A stretch of DNA of 64,000 bases from positions 512,001 to 576,000 of the forward strand of contig OY970178.1 of assembly GCA_963707915.1 (NCBI GenBank), in the 5' to 3' direction. The position numbers were made by a program, and so were the translations under genes. A model generated the notes under the pieces. It was not told the DNA's origin. It saw only the letters and a list, made by a program, of their open reading frames with translations, and did no database searches. Each line of letters opens with the position of its first letter. The stretch's first letter is position 1. The stretch is from Candidatus Eiseniibacteriota bacterium. Its GTDB lineage: Bacteria > Eisenbacteria > RBG-16-71-46. Below, piece after piece: positions 16,595 to 26,530 of this stretch.

Positions 16595-18478
16595 CTGAGC
16601 CCTGACGCTTACCCGGGCGATCTGCCCGACGGCCTGGACGCCTGTGCTGCCGGCGACCTCGCGGGCAGTTGGGAGCTGGTCCGCGCGCTGACCGGGGCGC
16701 GGGACCTGGAGAGCCTGGAGCGCGGCGCGCTGGCCGCCGCGGTGCATCCGGCGGGGGCCGGCTTCGAGCGGGCCTGGCTCTTCGACTGGGACGCCGGCTC
16801 CGGCCGGCTCGAGGGCCGTGAGTCCGCCGGCTCGCCCGCCACCCCCATGTCGCTCGTCGCCTGGGTGGGGCGGCATGCGATGCCGCGCGGCGAACCGGAG
16901 GCGCGCACCCGGTCGCTGGCTCTTCGTCCGGAGCGCCTGGGTGCCGTGGTGGGCCAGGCGTGGAACCCGGGCGCGACGCCTTCCGCCGAGCCCGAGCCCG
17001 ACGCTCCGTGGGCCGGGGCCGCGCAGGTCGGCGCGATGGCGCTGCGCCGCTCGGGACTTCCCTGGGCGCTGGTCGTCGGCACGTGGAGCGCACCCCCGGA
17101 GCCCGAGCGGCGCCGGGCGCTGGAGGCGATCGCGGGCCTGTGCGGGCAGGCCGCGCGCGCGCTGGACCAGGAGCGCGAGGGCCGTCGTCGCACGTTGCAC
17201 GCGACCCTCCTCGCGCAGGCGGCGCACGCCGTCTGCGCCTCGCTCGATCTCACCGAGGTGCTGCAGCGGCTGACGCGCATCGCCGCGCAGGGCGCGGGTG
17301 CCCGCGGCGGAGCGCTGTGGGTCGCGGAACCGGGCGGCCTTCGTCTCGAGGTCGCGCACGGTCCCGCGGGCCGACGGGAGCGCACCGCGGGGGTGCTGCT
17401 CGGCCTCGCACGGAAGGTGGTCGAGGAAGGGCGGGCGCGCGTGGTGGACCGGGCGACCGAGGAGTTGCTGCTCGCGCCCGAGGCGGCCGCGGAGGTGGAG
17501 ACGGTGGTGGTCTGCCCGCTGGGCGTCGGCGGGCGCGTGCTCGGGGCGCTGGCCTGCTACGACCGCCAGCTCGCGCACCCGAGCGAGCGCGCCGGCTTCC
17601 CGGCGGCGGACGTGGAGCTCCTCGCCGCGCTCGCGGACCTTGCGGGGTTGGCGCTCGACCAGGCGGGGCGGTTCGCGGAGCTGCGCCAGGGTGAGCAGCA
17701 GCGACGCGAGCTGGCCGGTCGGCTGCAGCGGCAGGAGCGCATGGCCTGGCTCGGGGAGCTGGCCGGCCGCATGGCGCAGGAGACGCGCAACCCGCTGGCG
17801 TCCATCACCGCGTTCTCCCTGCGCACGCAGCGCACGCTCGCCGAGGACCACCCGGGCCGGGGCTACCTGGAGATCGTCCTGCGCGAGGCGGAGCGGCTCG
17901 AGCGCCTGCTGGGCGAGCAGCTCGGCTACGCGCCGTCGAGCGAGGGCGCGCTGCGGCTCGAGAACCTCAACGGCGTGGTGCAGGAGGTGCTCGCCGGGGC
18001 CGCCGACGCCCTGGTGCGCCGGCGCGTGCGGCTCGTCAAGAAGCTGGCGCCCGACCTGCCCACGCTGCTGCTCGACCGCGACCGCATCCAGCGCGTGGTC
18101 GCGAACATGCTCGAGAGCGCCCTCGAGTGCGTGGGGGTCGGCGGCCGTGTCCGCATCGAATCGCGCCGGCTCGGGGCCGCGGTGCTCCTGGAACTGGCGC
18201 ACGACGGCCCGCGCGCCCCGGGTGACCTGCTGGAGCAGGTCTTCGTGCCCTTCGCGAGCCAGCGGCCCGGCGGACCCGGGGTGGGGCTGGGCGTCGCGCA
18301 GCAGATCGTGCGCGAGCACGGCGGCGAGATCCGCGTGCGCAGCGACGGCGAGTGGGGGTGCGTGTTCTCCCTGAGCCTGCCGGTGATCGAGAACCAGGAT
18401 CGCCGGCGCGCGGGAGGGGGACGGCGCCGGAGCCGCTCCGACCGCCGCTCGCGACCACCCGACCCGGGACCGGTTTGA
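16595..18478 (+). CDS. GAF-GAF-HisKA-HATPase sensor kinase-like protein lacking the phospho-accepting His
   Basis: Two GAF-like domains. H-box reads MAQETRNPLASI; F/G2 boxes read VFVPF..GPGVGL..QIVREHGG. The start is uncertain: ATG 16535, or CTG 16595 after GGAGGT. Confidence 0.85.
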   Translation: MSPDAYPGDLPDGLDACAAGDLAGSWELVRALTGARDLESLERGALAAAVHPAGAGFERAWLFDWDAGSGRLEGRESAGSPATPMSLVAWVGRHAMPRGEPEARTRSLALRPERLGAVVGQAWNPGATPSAEPEPDAPWAGAAQVGAMALRRSGLPWALVVGTWSAPPEPERRRALEAIAGLCGQAARALDQEREGRRRTLHATLLAQAAHAVCASLDLTEVLQRLTRIAAQGAGARGGALWVAEPGGLRLEVAHGPAGRRERTAGVLLGLARKVVEEGRARVVDRATEELLLAPEAAAEVETVVVCPLGVGGRVLGALACYDRQLAHPSERAGFPAADVELLAALADLAGLALDQAGRFAELRQGEQQRRELAGRLQRQERMAWLGELAGRMAQETRNPLASITAFSLRTQRTLAEDHPGRGYLEIVLREAERLERLLGEQLGYAPSSEGALRLENLNGVVQEVLAGAADALVRRRVRLVKKLAPDLPTLLLDRDRIQRVVANMLESALECVGVGGRVRIESRRLGAAVLLELAHDGPRAPGDLLEQVFVPFASQRPGGPGVGLGVAQQIVREHGGEIRVRSDGEWGCVFSLSLPVIENQDRRRAGGGRRRSRSDRRSRPPDPGPV

Positions 18479-18563
18479 CCCGTTTGCGGCGGGCGTGATA
18501 ATCGTGTGCGGTCTGCCGGGCCTGCCGGTGGCGCCTCCGCGCGGCGCGCCCGACGGATGCGGT

Positions 18564-18639
18564 GCGACCCTAGCTCAGTTGGTAGAGCACGTGACTGAAA
18601 ATCACGGTGTCCCCAGTTCGATTCTGGGGGGTCGCACCA
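18564..18639 (+). tRNA. tRNA-Phe (GAA)
   Basis: Cloverleaf with acceptor GCGACCC/GGGTCGC, anticodon arm CGTGA-CTGAAAA-TCACG, T-loop TTCGATT, and encoded CCA. Confidence 0.97.
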
Positions 18640-18694
18640 TAGCAGTGCCGGTGGAGGTCGGGGTCGTGCGCCCGCGTTCGCCGGAGGAGAGAGA

Positions 18695-18770
18695 GCCGGT
18701 GTAGCTCAGTTGGTAGAGCATGCGATTCGTAATCGCAAGGTCAACGGTTCGACCCCGTTCACCGGCTCCA
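18695..18770 (+). tRNA. tRNA-Thr (CGT)
   Basis: Acceptor GCCGGTG/CACCGGC, anticodon arm TGCGA-TTCGTAA-TCGCA, encoded CCA. Confidence 0.97.
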
Positions 18771-19095
18771 CAGATGCCCCGCAGGTGCGAGGTCTTCGGA
18801 AGAACGCGGCGGCGGCTGCCGACCGGCCGCCTCCGAGCTGGCGGGCACCTCGGGCGAAGCGGCCCCGGCGCGCGTGCGCCGGGGCCGCTCCGTCTCCGGG
18901 GTCGCTCGCGGTGCGGCTCCGGTTGGCGCCGTTGCGCATTGTTTGGCAGTATCCGGCGGTGCCGGATCGGATACGCGCTCGAGCGACCGGCGGTCCGGAC
19001 AGGTTCATGGGCGCGAGCCCCGGGCCGAAGGCGCGGGGAAGGCCCGGCCCGGCGATCCGGCGCGGCGGGCGGTGGCCCTGGGAGGGGCCCGGACG

Positions 19096-20445
19096 ATGAC
19101 CTCACCCTTGATGATCAGCGTGGCGGGCGTGCGTGGCGTGGTAGGGGACTCGCTGACCCCGCCGGTGGTGACGCGGTTCTCGGCGGCCTTCGCCCGCTCG
19201 CTCGGTCCGGGTCCGGTGGTCGTGGGCCGCGACGGGCGGCCCTCGGGCCCCGTGGTCTATCACGCCGTGGCCGCCGGGCTGCGCTCGGCCGGCCGCGAGG
19301 TCGTGGACCTCGGGCTCGCGACCACCCCGACCACCGAGATCGCGGTCGAGCACCTGGGCGCGGCGGGGGGCGTGATCATCACCGCGAGCCACAACCCCGC
19401 GCCGTGGAACGCGCTCAAGTTCCTCTCGTCGCGCGGCGAGTTCCTCGGGCCGGTCGAGGGCGCCGCGGTGCGCGCGGCGTTCGAGGCGGACGCGGACCTC
19501 TGGGTGGAGGCCGCCGCGCTGGGAGGCGAACGCGCCGAGTCGGCCGCGCTCGACTGGCACCTCGAGCGCGTGCTCGGGCTCGACGTGCTGGACCTCGGCG
19601 TGATCCGCGCCCGCGCCCTGCGCGTGGTGGTGGACGGCTGCTCGAGCGTCGGGGGCCTCGCGGTGCCGCCGCTGCTACGCGCGTTGGGCGCACAGGTGGT
19701 CGAGCTGGACTGCGTGGCGGACGGCGACTTCCGCCGCGAGCTCGAGCCGCTGCCCGAGCACCTCGGCGGCCTGTCGCGCGCCGTGGTCGAGTCCGGTGCG
19801 GACTTCGGCGTCGCGCTCGACCCCGACGGCGACCGCGCGGCGTTCGTGGACGGCGCGGGCGTGCCGCTGGGGGAGGAGTTCACGCTGGCCCTCGGCCTGC
19901 AGGTCGTGCTGGCGCGGCGGCGCGGCCCGGCGGTGACAAACCTATCCACCTCCCGTATAGTCGACGCGGTCTGCACCCGCGCGGGCGTGCCCCTTCACCG
20001 CACGCCGGTGGGCGAGGCGCACGTCGTGGCGGGAATGCGCGCCTGCGGCGCGGTGGCGGGAGGGGAGGGCAACGGCGGGATGATCCTGCCGGCGGCCCAC
20101 CACGGACGCGACGGCCTGGTGGCCGCGGCGCTGGTGGCGCAGGCGGTGGCGGCGGGAGGCGTCAGCCTGCGCGTCCTGGCGGACGCGCTTCCCGTGCTGC
20201 ACATGGTCAAACGCAAGTTCCCGCTGGTCGGGGGGAGCTGGGAAGGCCCTTCGGGCCGGTTGCTGCGTCGTTTCGCCGGTCACGGGGTGAACGAGGCGGA
20301 CGGGCTGCGGTTCGACCGCGGCGAGGAGTGGGTGCATGTGCGGCCCTCGGGCACCGAGCCGGTGGTCCGCATCATCGCGGAAGCCCCCGCGGCGGAGCGC
20401 GCGCTGGAGTTGATCGAGCAGGCGCGCGAGGCGTTGCAGGGGTAG
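19096..20445 (+). CDS. glmM: Phosphoglucosamine mutase (phosphohexomutase family)
   Basis: ISVAGVRG, ITASHNP, DPDGDR, GGEGNGG, VRPSGTEP. Directly upstream of glmS. Confidence 0.85.
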   Translation: MTSPLMISVAGVRGVVGDSLTPPVVTRFSAAFARSLGPGPVVVGRDGRPSGPVVYHAVAAGLRSAGREVVDLGLATTPTTEIAVEHLGAAGGVIITASHNPAPWNALKFLSSRGEFLGPVEGAAVRAAFEADADLWVEAAALGGERAESAALDWHLERVLGLDVLDLGVIRARALRVVVDGCSSVGGLAVPPLLRALGAQVVELDCVADGDFRRELEPLPEHLGGLSRAVVESGADFGVALDPDGDRAAFVDGAGVPLGEEFTLALGLQVVLARRRGPAVTNLSTSRIVDAVCTRAGVPLHRTPVGEAHVVAGMRACGAVAGGEGNGGMILPAAHHGRDGLVAAALVAQAVAAGGVSLRVLADALPVLHMVKRKFPLVGGSWEGPSGRLLRRFAGHGVNEADGLRFDRGEEWVHVRPSGTEPVVRIIAEAPAAERALELIEQAREALQG

Positions 20446-20458
20446 GGGGGTCCTTCTC

Positions 20459-22291
20459 ATGTGCGGCATCATCGGCTACGTGGGGCTCAGGCCCTGCCTT
20501 CCCATCATGATCGAGGGCCTGAAGCGGCTCGAGTATCGCGGCTACGATTCCGCGGGGGTGGCGGTGCAGACGCCGGAGGGGCTGCGCGTCATCAAGGCGG
20601 CGGGCAAGATCCGCGAACTCGAAGCGCGCCTGCCGAAGGAGGGCCTGACCGGCACGGTCGGCATCGCGCACACGCGCTGGGCCACTCACGGCGAACCCAA
20701 CGACACGAACGCCCACCCGCACATGGACTCGTTCGGGCAGCTCGCCCTGGTGCACAACGGCATCATCGAGAACTACGCCGTGCTCAAGGCCGCCCTGCAG
20801 GCCGAGGGCCGCGTGTTCACCACCGAGACCGACACCGAGGTGCTCGCGCAGCTCATCGAGAAGTACCGGCAGCGCGGGCTGAAGCTCGAGCAGGCGGTGG
20901 TGAAGGCCCTGGCCGACGTCGAGGGCACCTACGGTATCGCGGTGGTCTGCGCGGACGAGCCGGACACCGTGGTGGGCGCGCGCAAGGGCAGCCCGCTGGT
21001 CGTGGGCGTCGGGGACGGCGAGTACTTCCTGGCCTCGGACGTCGCGCCGCTGGTGGACCACACGCGGCAGGTGGTCTACCTGGACGACGGTGAGATGGCG
21101 GTGCTCACGCCCGCGGGGTTCCACACCGCGACCATCAAGGCGGAGCGCATCGACAAGGCGGTCCACGAGGTGGAGTGGGACCTGGCCCAGATCGAGAAGG
21201 GCGGCTTCCCGCACTTCATGCTGAAGGAGATCTTCGAGCAGCCGGTCTCGGTGCGGAACTCGATGCGCGGCCGCCTCGACGTGAAGGAGGGCCTGGCGCG
21301 GCTGCACGGCCTCAACCTGACGGACGAGGAGTTGCGCGAGATCCGGCGCCTCATCATCCTGGGATGCGGCACCTCGTGGCACGCGGGGCTGGTCGGCGAG
21401 TACCTGATCGAGGAGCACGCGCGGGTCCCGGTCGAGGTCGAGTACGCTTCCGAGTTCCGCTACCGCAACCCGGTGGTGGGCGACGGGACGAGCGTGCTGG
21501 TGATCTCCCAGTCGGGAGAGACCGCCGACACGCTGGCGGCGATGCGCGAGGCGCAGCGCCGGGGATCCCGCGCGCTGGGGATCGTGAACGTGGTCGGTTC
21601 CACGATCGCGCGCGAGTCGGACGGCGGCGTGTACATCCACGCCGGACCCGAGATCGGCGTGGCCTCGACCAAGGCGTTCACCGGACAGGTGGCGGTGTTG
21701 TCGCTCCTGACGCTCGCCCTGGGACGGCTGCGCGAGATGAGCGCGGACGCCGGCATCCAGCTGGCGCGCGAACTGGACTCGATCCCGTCGAAGATGGAGC
21801 GCATCCTGGAGCGCAGCGACGCGATCCGGACCATCGCCGAATCGTACTGCCACCACAACAACTTCCTGTACCTCGGGCGCGGCTACCAGTTCCCGGTGGC
21901 GCTCGAGGGGGCCTTGAAGCTCAAGGAGATCTCCTACATCCACGCCGAGGGCTACCCGGCGGCCGAGATGAAGCACGGTCCGATCGCGCTCATCGACGAG
22001 CACATGCCGGTCGTGTTCCTGTCCACCCGCGACAGCGCCTATGACAAGGTGATGAACAACATCATGGAGGTGCGCGCGCGCAAGGGCGCGATCATCGCGA
22101 TCGCGACCGACGGCGACACCGACGTGGCGCACCACGCCGACCACGTCATCCACGTGCCGCAGACCCTGTCGATGCTGCAGCCGCTGCTCACCGTGATCCC
22201 GCTCCAGCTGCTGGCCTACCACATCGCGGTGCTGCGGGGCTGCGACGTGGACCAGCCCCGGAACCTGGCGAAGAGCGTCACGGTCGAGTGA
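20459..22291 (+). CDS. glmS: Glutamine--fructose-6-phosphate aminotransferase
   Basis: MCGIIG, LEYRGYDSAG, HTRWATHG, SQSGETADT, PRNLAKSVTVE. Confidence 0.99.
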   Translation: MCGIIGYVGLRPCLPIMIEGLKRLEYRGYDSAGVAVQTPEGLRVIKAAGKIRELEARLPKEGLTGTVGIAHTRWATHGEPNDTNAHPHMDSFGQLALVHNGIIENYAVLKAALQAEGRVFTTETDTEVLAQLIEKYRQRGLKLEQAVVKALADVEGTYGIAVVCADEPDTVVGARKGSPLVVGVGDGEYFLASDVAPLVDHTRQVVYLDDGEMAVLTPAGFHTATIKAERIDKAVHEVEWDLAQIEKGGFPHFMLKEIFEQPVSVRNSMRGRLDVKEGLARLHGLNLTDEELREIRRLIILGCGTSWHAGLVGEYLIEEHARVPVEVEYASEFRYRNPVVGDGTSVLVISQSGETADTLAAMREAQRRGSRALGIVNVVGSTIARESDGGVYIHAGPEIGVASTKAFTGQVAVLSLLTLALGRLREMSADAGIQLARELDSIPSKMERILERSDAIRTIAESYCHHNNFLYLGRGYQFPVALEGALKLKEISYIHAEGYPAAEMKHGPIALIDEHMPVVFLSTRDSAYDKVMNNIMEVRARKGAIIAIATDGDTDVAHHADHVIHVPQTLSMLQPLLTVIPLQLLAYHIAVLRGCDVDQPRNLAKSVTVE

Positions 22292-22310
22292 GGCCGCGGC
22301 GGAGGAGCCC

Positions 22311-22712
22311 ATGAAGACCCCCCTGAACGTCCCGGACGCGCCGGCCGCGATCGGCCCCTACAGCCAGGCGCAGGTCGTGCGTCTCCACGGCGGCAGCCGG
22401 ATGGTCTACACCTCCGGCCAGCTCGGGCTCGACGCGGCCAGCGGGAAGCTGGCCGGGGGCGGGATCGCCGGGCAGGCGGAGCAGGCGCTGCGCAACCTCG
22501 CCGCGGTGTTGCGCGGGGCGGGGCTGACGCTCGCCGACGTGGTGAAGACCACCGTCTACCTCGCGGACATGGCGGACTTCGGGGCCATGAACGAGGTCTA
22601 CGGGCGGCACTTCGCCAGCGACCCGCCCGCACGGACGACGATCGCCGCGGCCGGCCTGCCGAAGGACGCGCGGGTCGAGATCGAGGCGGTGGCGGTCGGA
22701 CGCGAGCCCTGA
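22311..22712 (+). CDS. ridA: RidA/YjgF/UK114 reactive-intermediate deaminase
   Basis: APAAIGPYSQA, SGQLG, VVKTTVYL, PPART, LPKDARVEIEAVA. Confidence 0.9.
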   Translation: MKTPLNVPDAPAAIGPYSQAQVVRLHGGSRMVYTSGQLGLDAASGKLAGGGIAGQAEQALRNLAAVLRGAGLTLADVVKTTVYLADMADFGAMNEVYGRHFASDPPARTTIAAAGLPKDARVEIEAVAVGREP

Positions 22713-22719
22713 GCGGCCG

Positions 22720-23778
22720 GTGAGCGAGCGACGACGCATCGAGGTGCGCCTCACCGCGCAGGTCGCCTGCGCTGGCTGAGCGTCCAAGCTGGGTCCGGCG
22801 GACCTGAGAGCCATCCTGAGCGGGCTGCCCGCACGACCGCGCGACCGGCGGGTGCTGGTGGACCAGTCCACCCTCGACGACGCGGGCGTCTTCGCCTTCG
22901 GCCGTGGCACGGCGCTGGTGCAGACGGTGGACTTCTTCACGCCGGTGGTGGACGACCCCTACGACTTCGGGCAGATTGCCGCGGCCAACGCGCTGTCCGA
23001 CGTCTACGCCATGGGCGGGCAGCCGCTCACCGCGCTGGCCATCCTGTGCGTGCCCGAGAAGCAGGTCGTTCCGGAGGTGCTGCGCGAGGTGCTGCGCGGC
23101 GGGCAGGACAAGATGCGCGAGGCGGGCGTGAGCATCGTGGGCGGCCACTCGGTGACCGACCCCGAGCTCAAGTTCGGCTACAGCGTCACCGGGGTGGTGC
23201 AGCGCCGCCGGCTGCTCACCAACGCGGGCGCGCGCCCGGGGGACCGCCTGGTGCTCACGAAGCCGCTCGGGACGGGCGTGCTGGCCACCGCGCTCAAGCA
23301 GGGCCGGCTCGACGCCGCGCAGACGCGCCGGCTGACGCGGACGATGGCGGCGCTCAACCGCGGCGCGGCCGAGGCGGCGGTGGAGTTCGGCGCGCACGCC
23401 GCGACCGACGTCACCGGTTTCGGGCTGGTCGGCCACGCGGCGCAGCTGGCCGAGGCGAGCGGCGTGACCCTTCGCCTGAGGCCGGTGCGGGGTTGGTTCC
23501 TGCCCCGCACGCTCGAGCTGGCGGAGCAGGGCGCGGTGGCGGGCGGGCTGAGGCGCAATCGCGAGTACTACGCCCCGGCGGTGGGCGGCGACGCGCTCGC
23601 GGAGCCGCTGGCCCTGGCCCTGCACGATCCGCAGACCTCGGGCGGCCTGCTGATCGCCTGCTCGTCCCGGCGGACGGCCGGCCTGCTCGTGGCGCTCAAG
23701 CGGCGCCGCGTGTGGGCCGCCGAGCTGGGCGAGGTGCTGCCGCGCGCGGCCCACGCGCTCGAGTTCGTCGCTCCCTGA
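22720..23778 (+). CDS. selD: Selenide, water dikinase (selenophosphate synthetase); selenoprotein with an in-frame UGA
   Basis: From GTG 22720: ...RLTAQVACAG-TGA(22777-22779)-ASKLGPADL, in frame with DDAGV, TVDFFTPVVDDP, AAANALSDVYAMGG, TDVTGFGL and DPQTSGGLL. Confidence 0.95.
22791..22805 (+). promoter_or_regulatory. Candidate bacterial SECIS hairpin of selD
   Basis: GGGTCC-GGC-GGACCT stem-loop beginning 11 nt after the UGA. Confidence 0.6.
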
Positions 23779-23917
23779 CGGCGCGACGACCGCGCGAAGC
23801 GGCCGCGGCGGCCGGCGCCGGCCGGTCCGGACCGGGTTGGCGCGCGGGGCCGACTCTCTGGTAAGAGTGTAGCAATGGATCTCGTGCGAGCGGGCCCCGG
23901 TGGGGCGGCAGCGGTGC

Positions 23918-24015
23918 GGGAACGAATGGGATCTGGTGGTCCCCGGGGACTTCAAATCCCGCGGTCGGGCGTTAAGAGCGTCCGAGGTGGGTTCGATTCC
24001 CACGCGTTCCCGCCA
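23918..24015 (+). tRNA. selC: tRNA-Sec (TCA)
   Basis: 98 nt. 6-bp D-stem with 4-nt loop (GGGATC-TGGT-GGTCCC), anticodon loop CTTCAAA, long variable arm, G73 discriminator and CCA. Adjacent to selD. Confidence 0.95.
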
Positions 24016-24039
24016 TTCCGACGACGGGCCGCCCGGCTC

Positions 24040-24717
24040 GTGGCGGGGATGGCGGTGGTGCTGGCCCTGTGCGGTGGGCCGGGAGTGGCGCGGGCGATGC
24101 CGCCCCCAGGGCCCGCGGAGGCGGTCCCGCCGGCGCCGGCGCCGGCGGATGCGCTGGCTCCGTTGCCGGCGGACTCGAGCACGGGGAGCGACCAGGGTGC
24201 GACGGGGCCGCTCCTGGTGACGGGTGCGCGGCGGGGGGCACGCCTGGATCGTCGCGCGGACGGGAGTCCCGACACGGTGCGCGCGCGGGTCCGGCGCGGG
24301 CGGTTCGACACGCCGCGCTGGGTCATGCTGCGGTCGCTGGCGGTGCCGGGCTGGGGGCAGCTTCACAACGGGTCGTGGCTCAAGGCGGCCGTCCTGGGCG
24401 GCGGGGAGATCTGGATCGTGGCAGGGCTGGTGGACGACGATCGGCGCATGCGGCAACTCAAGGTGGAGGCGGACCTGGCGAAGTCGGAAGGGGACAGCGA
24501 GCGCTCCAACCAGCTGATCGACGCGTACAACAGCCGTCTCGACCGGTTCGTCGCGCGCCAGTGGTGGCTGGGAGGGCTGCTGATGTACGCGCTGATGGAC
24601 GCCTACGTGGACGCGCATTTCCGGGACTTCAAGGTGGAGTTCGAGTACGACCGCGCGCTGAAGGGCGGGAAGCCGCCGGCCGGCCAGACGAGGCTCTCGC
24701 TGCGGTGGGCGTTTTGA
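24040..24717 (+). CDS. DUF5683-like exported/membrane protein
   Basis: Signal peptide, [24 protein letters not shown], and an aromatic C-terminus (LRWAF). Start at 24040 or 24049. Confidence 0.7.
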   Translation: MAGMAVVLALCGGPGVARAMPPPGPAEAVPPAPAPADALAPLPADSSTGSDQGATGPLLVTGARRGARLDRRADGSPDTVRARVRRGRFDTPRWVMLRSLAVPGWGQLHNGSWLKAAVLGGGEIWIVAGLVDDDRRMRQLKVEADLAKSEGDSERSNQLIDAYNSRLDRFVARQWWLGGLLMYALMDAYVDAHFRDFKVEFEYDRALKGGKPPAGQTRLSLRWAF

Positions 24718-26522
24718 GCGGATCGCGCCAGGACCGCATCCGCAACTTCTGCATCATCGCGCACATCGACCACGGCAAGAGCACGCTCGCCGACCGGTTG
24801 CTCGAGCTGACGCACACGCTCACGCCGCAGCAGATGAAGGCCCAGGTCCTGGACGACATGGACCTCGAGCGCGAGCGGGGCATCACCATCAAGTCGCACG
24901 CCATCGCCATGGAGTACACGGCCCGCGACGGCGCGACCTACGAGTTGAACCTCATCGACACCCCCGGGCACGTGGACTTCACCTACGAGGTGTCGCGCAG
25001 CCTGGCGGCCTGCGAGGGCGCGATCCTGGTGGTGGACGCCTCGCAGGGCATCGAGGCGCAGACCCTCTCGAACTACCTGCTGGCGCGCGAGCAGGGCCTG
25101 ACGCTGACCGCGGCCATCAACAAGGTGGACCTGCCGTCGGCGCGCCCGGACGACGTGGCGCTCGAGATCGAGCACGCCACCGGCCTGCCGGCCGAGCACG
25201 TGGCGCGGATCAGCGCCAAGACCGGGGTGGGCGTGACGGAACTGCTGGAGCAGGTCATCCGTGACATCCCGCCGCCGGCGGGCGACCCGGACCAGCCGCT
25301 GCGGGCCCTGATCTTCGATTCGCGGTTCGACCAGTACCGTGGCGTGGTCGCGCTGGTCCGGGTGGTGGACGGCCAGGTGCGGGCCGGCGACGCCATCCGC
25401 TTCCTCTCGACCGGGAAGGTCCACGAGGTCACCGAGGTCGGGCACCTGCGCCTGAAGCTCGAGCCCACGGAGACGCTGGGGGCCGGCGAGGTGGGGTACA
25501 TCGTGGCGGGCGTGAAGACCGTCGCGGACGCCCGCGTCGGCGACACGGTGGGTGCGGCGGGGACCGCGGAACTGGCCGCGCTGCCGGGGTTCCGCGAGGT
25601 GAAGTCCATGGTCTACTCCGGCCTCTACCCGATCGAGTCCGAGGGGTACGAGTCCCTGAAGGAGGCGCTGGCGAAGTTCGCCCTGAACGACGCCGCGCTG
25701 GTCTACGAGCCCGAGACCTCGGTCGCGCTGGGCTTCGGCTTCCGCTGCGGCTTCCTCGGCCTGCTCCACATGGAGATCGTCCAGGAACGGCTGCGCCGCG
25801 AGCACCAGCTCGACCTCATCGCCACCACCCCGAGCGTCGAGTACCACGTGCTGCTCGAGAGCGGCGAGCAGGTCAAGGTGGACAACCCGAGCCAGATGCC
25901 GTCCGCGGGGGACATCGTCCTGGTGGAGGAACCGTACGTGCTCTCGCACGTGCTCACGCCGGCCGAGTACCTCGGCGCGGTGATGAAGCTGTGCCAGGAC
26001 CGGCGCGGGGTGTTCGTGAGCCTCGACTACCTGGAGGAGCAGCGGGCGCGGGTCGCCTACCGGCTGCCGCTGGCGGAGATCGTGCTCGACTTCTACGACC
26101 GGCTGAAGAGCGTCTCGCGGGGCTACGCCTCCCTGGACTACGAGTTCGAGGGGTGGCGCGAAGGTGACGTCGTGAAGCTTGACATCCTCTTGAACGGCGA
26201 CCGCGTGGACGCGCTCTCGGCCATCGTCCACCGGGAGAAGGCCTACGAGTGGGGGCGCGACATCTGTGCGAAGCTCAAGGAGTTGATCCCGCGCCAGATG
26301 TTCCAGGTCGCCATCCAGGCGGCGCTGGGCGGCAAGGTGATCTCGCGCGAGACGGTCGGAGCGCTGCGCAAGAACGTCACGGCCAAGTGCTACGGTGGCG
26401 ATATCACCCGCAAGCGCAAGCTGCTCGAGAAACAGAAGGAAGGCAAGCGCCGTATGAAGCAGATCGGCACGGTCGAGGTGCCCCAGGAAGCCTTCCTGGC
26501 GGTGCTGAAGGTCGAACGTTAG
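24714..26522 (+). CDS. lepA: Elongation factor 4 (LepA)
   Basis: TTG 24714. [49 protein letters not shown]. Confidence 0.98.
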   Translation: MSGSRQDRIRNFCIIAHIDHGKSTLADRLLELTHTLTPQQMKAQVLDDMDLERERGITIKSHAIAMEYTARDGATYELNLIDTPGHVDFTYEVSRSLAACEGAILVVDASQGIEAQTLSNYLLAREQGLTLTAAINKVDLPSARPDDVALEIEHATGLPAEHVARISAKTGVGVTELLEQVIRDIPPPAGDPDQPLRALIFDSRFDQYRGVVALVRVVDGQVRAGDAIRFLSTGKVHEVTEVGHLRLKLEPTETLGAGEVGYIVAGVKTVADARVGDTVGAAGTAELAALPGFREVKSMVYSGLYPIESEGYESLKEALAKFALNDAALVYEPETSVALGFGFRCGFLGLLHMEIVQERLRREHQLDLIATTPSVEYHVLLESGEQVKVDNPSQMPSAGDIVLVEEPYVLSHVLTPAEYLGAVMKLCQDRRGVFVSLDYLEEQRARVAYRLPLAEIVLDFYDRLKSVSRGYASLDYEFEGWREGDVVKLDILLNGDRVDALSAIVHREKAYEWGRDICAKLKELIPRQMFQVAIQAALGGKVISRETVGALRKNVTAKCYGGDITRKRKLLEKQKEGKRRMKQIGTVEVPQEAFLAVLKVER

Positions 26523-26530
26523 GGGAACCC

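Noticed and set aside
16040..18319. 759-aa minus-strand ORF
   Set aside because: Only the last 102 aa (DUF3467-like, with its own RBS and promoter) are plausible. The rest is antisense to the kinase-like gene.
18564..18770. tRNA genes (also selC and the 38992-39183 pair) as integration sites for mobile elements
   Set aside because: No integrase, duplicated tRNA 3' end or foreign gene block was seen.
20446..20458. glmS ribozyme
   Set aside because: Only 13 nt separate glmM and glmS, and no ribozyme core was recognised upstream of glmM either.
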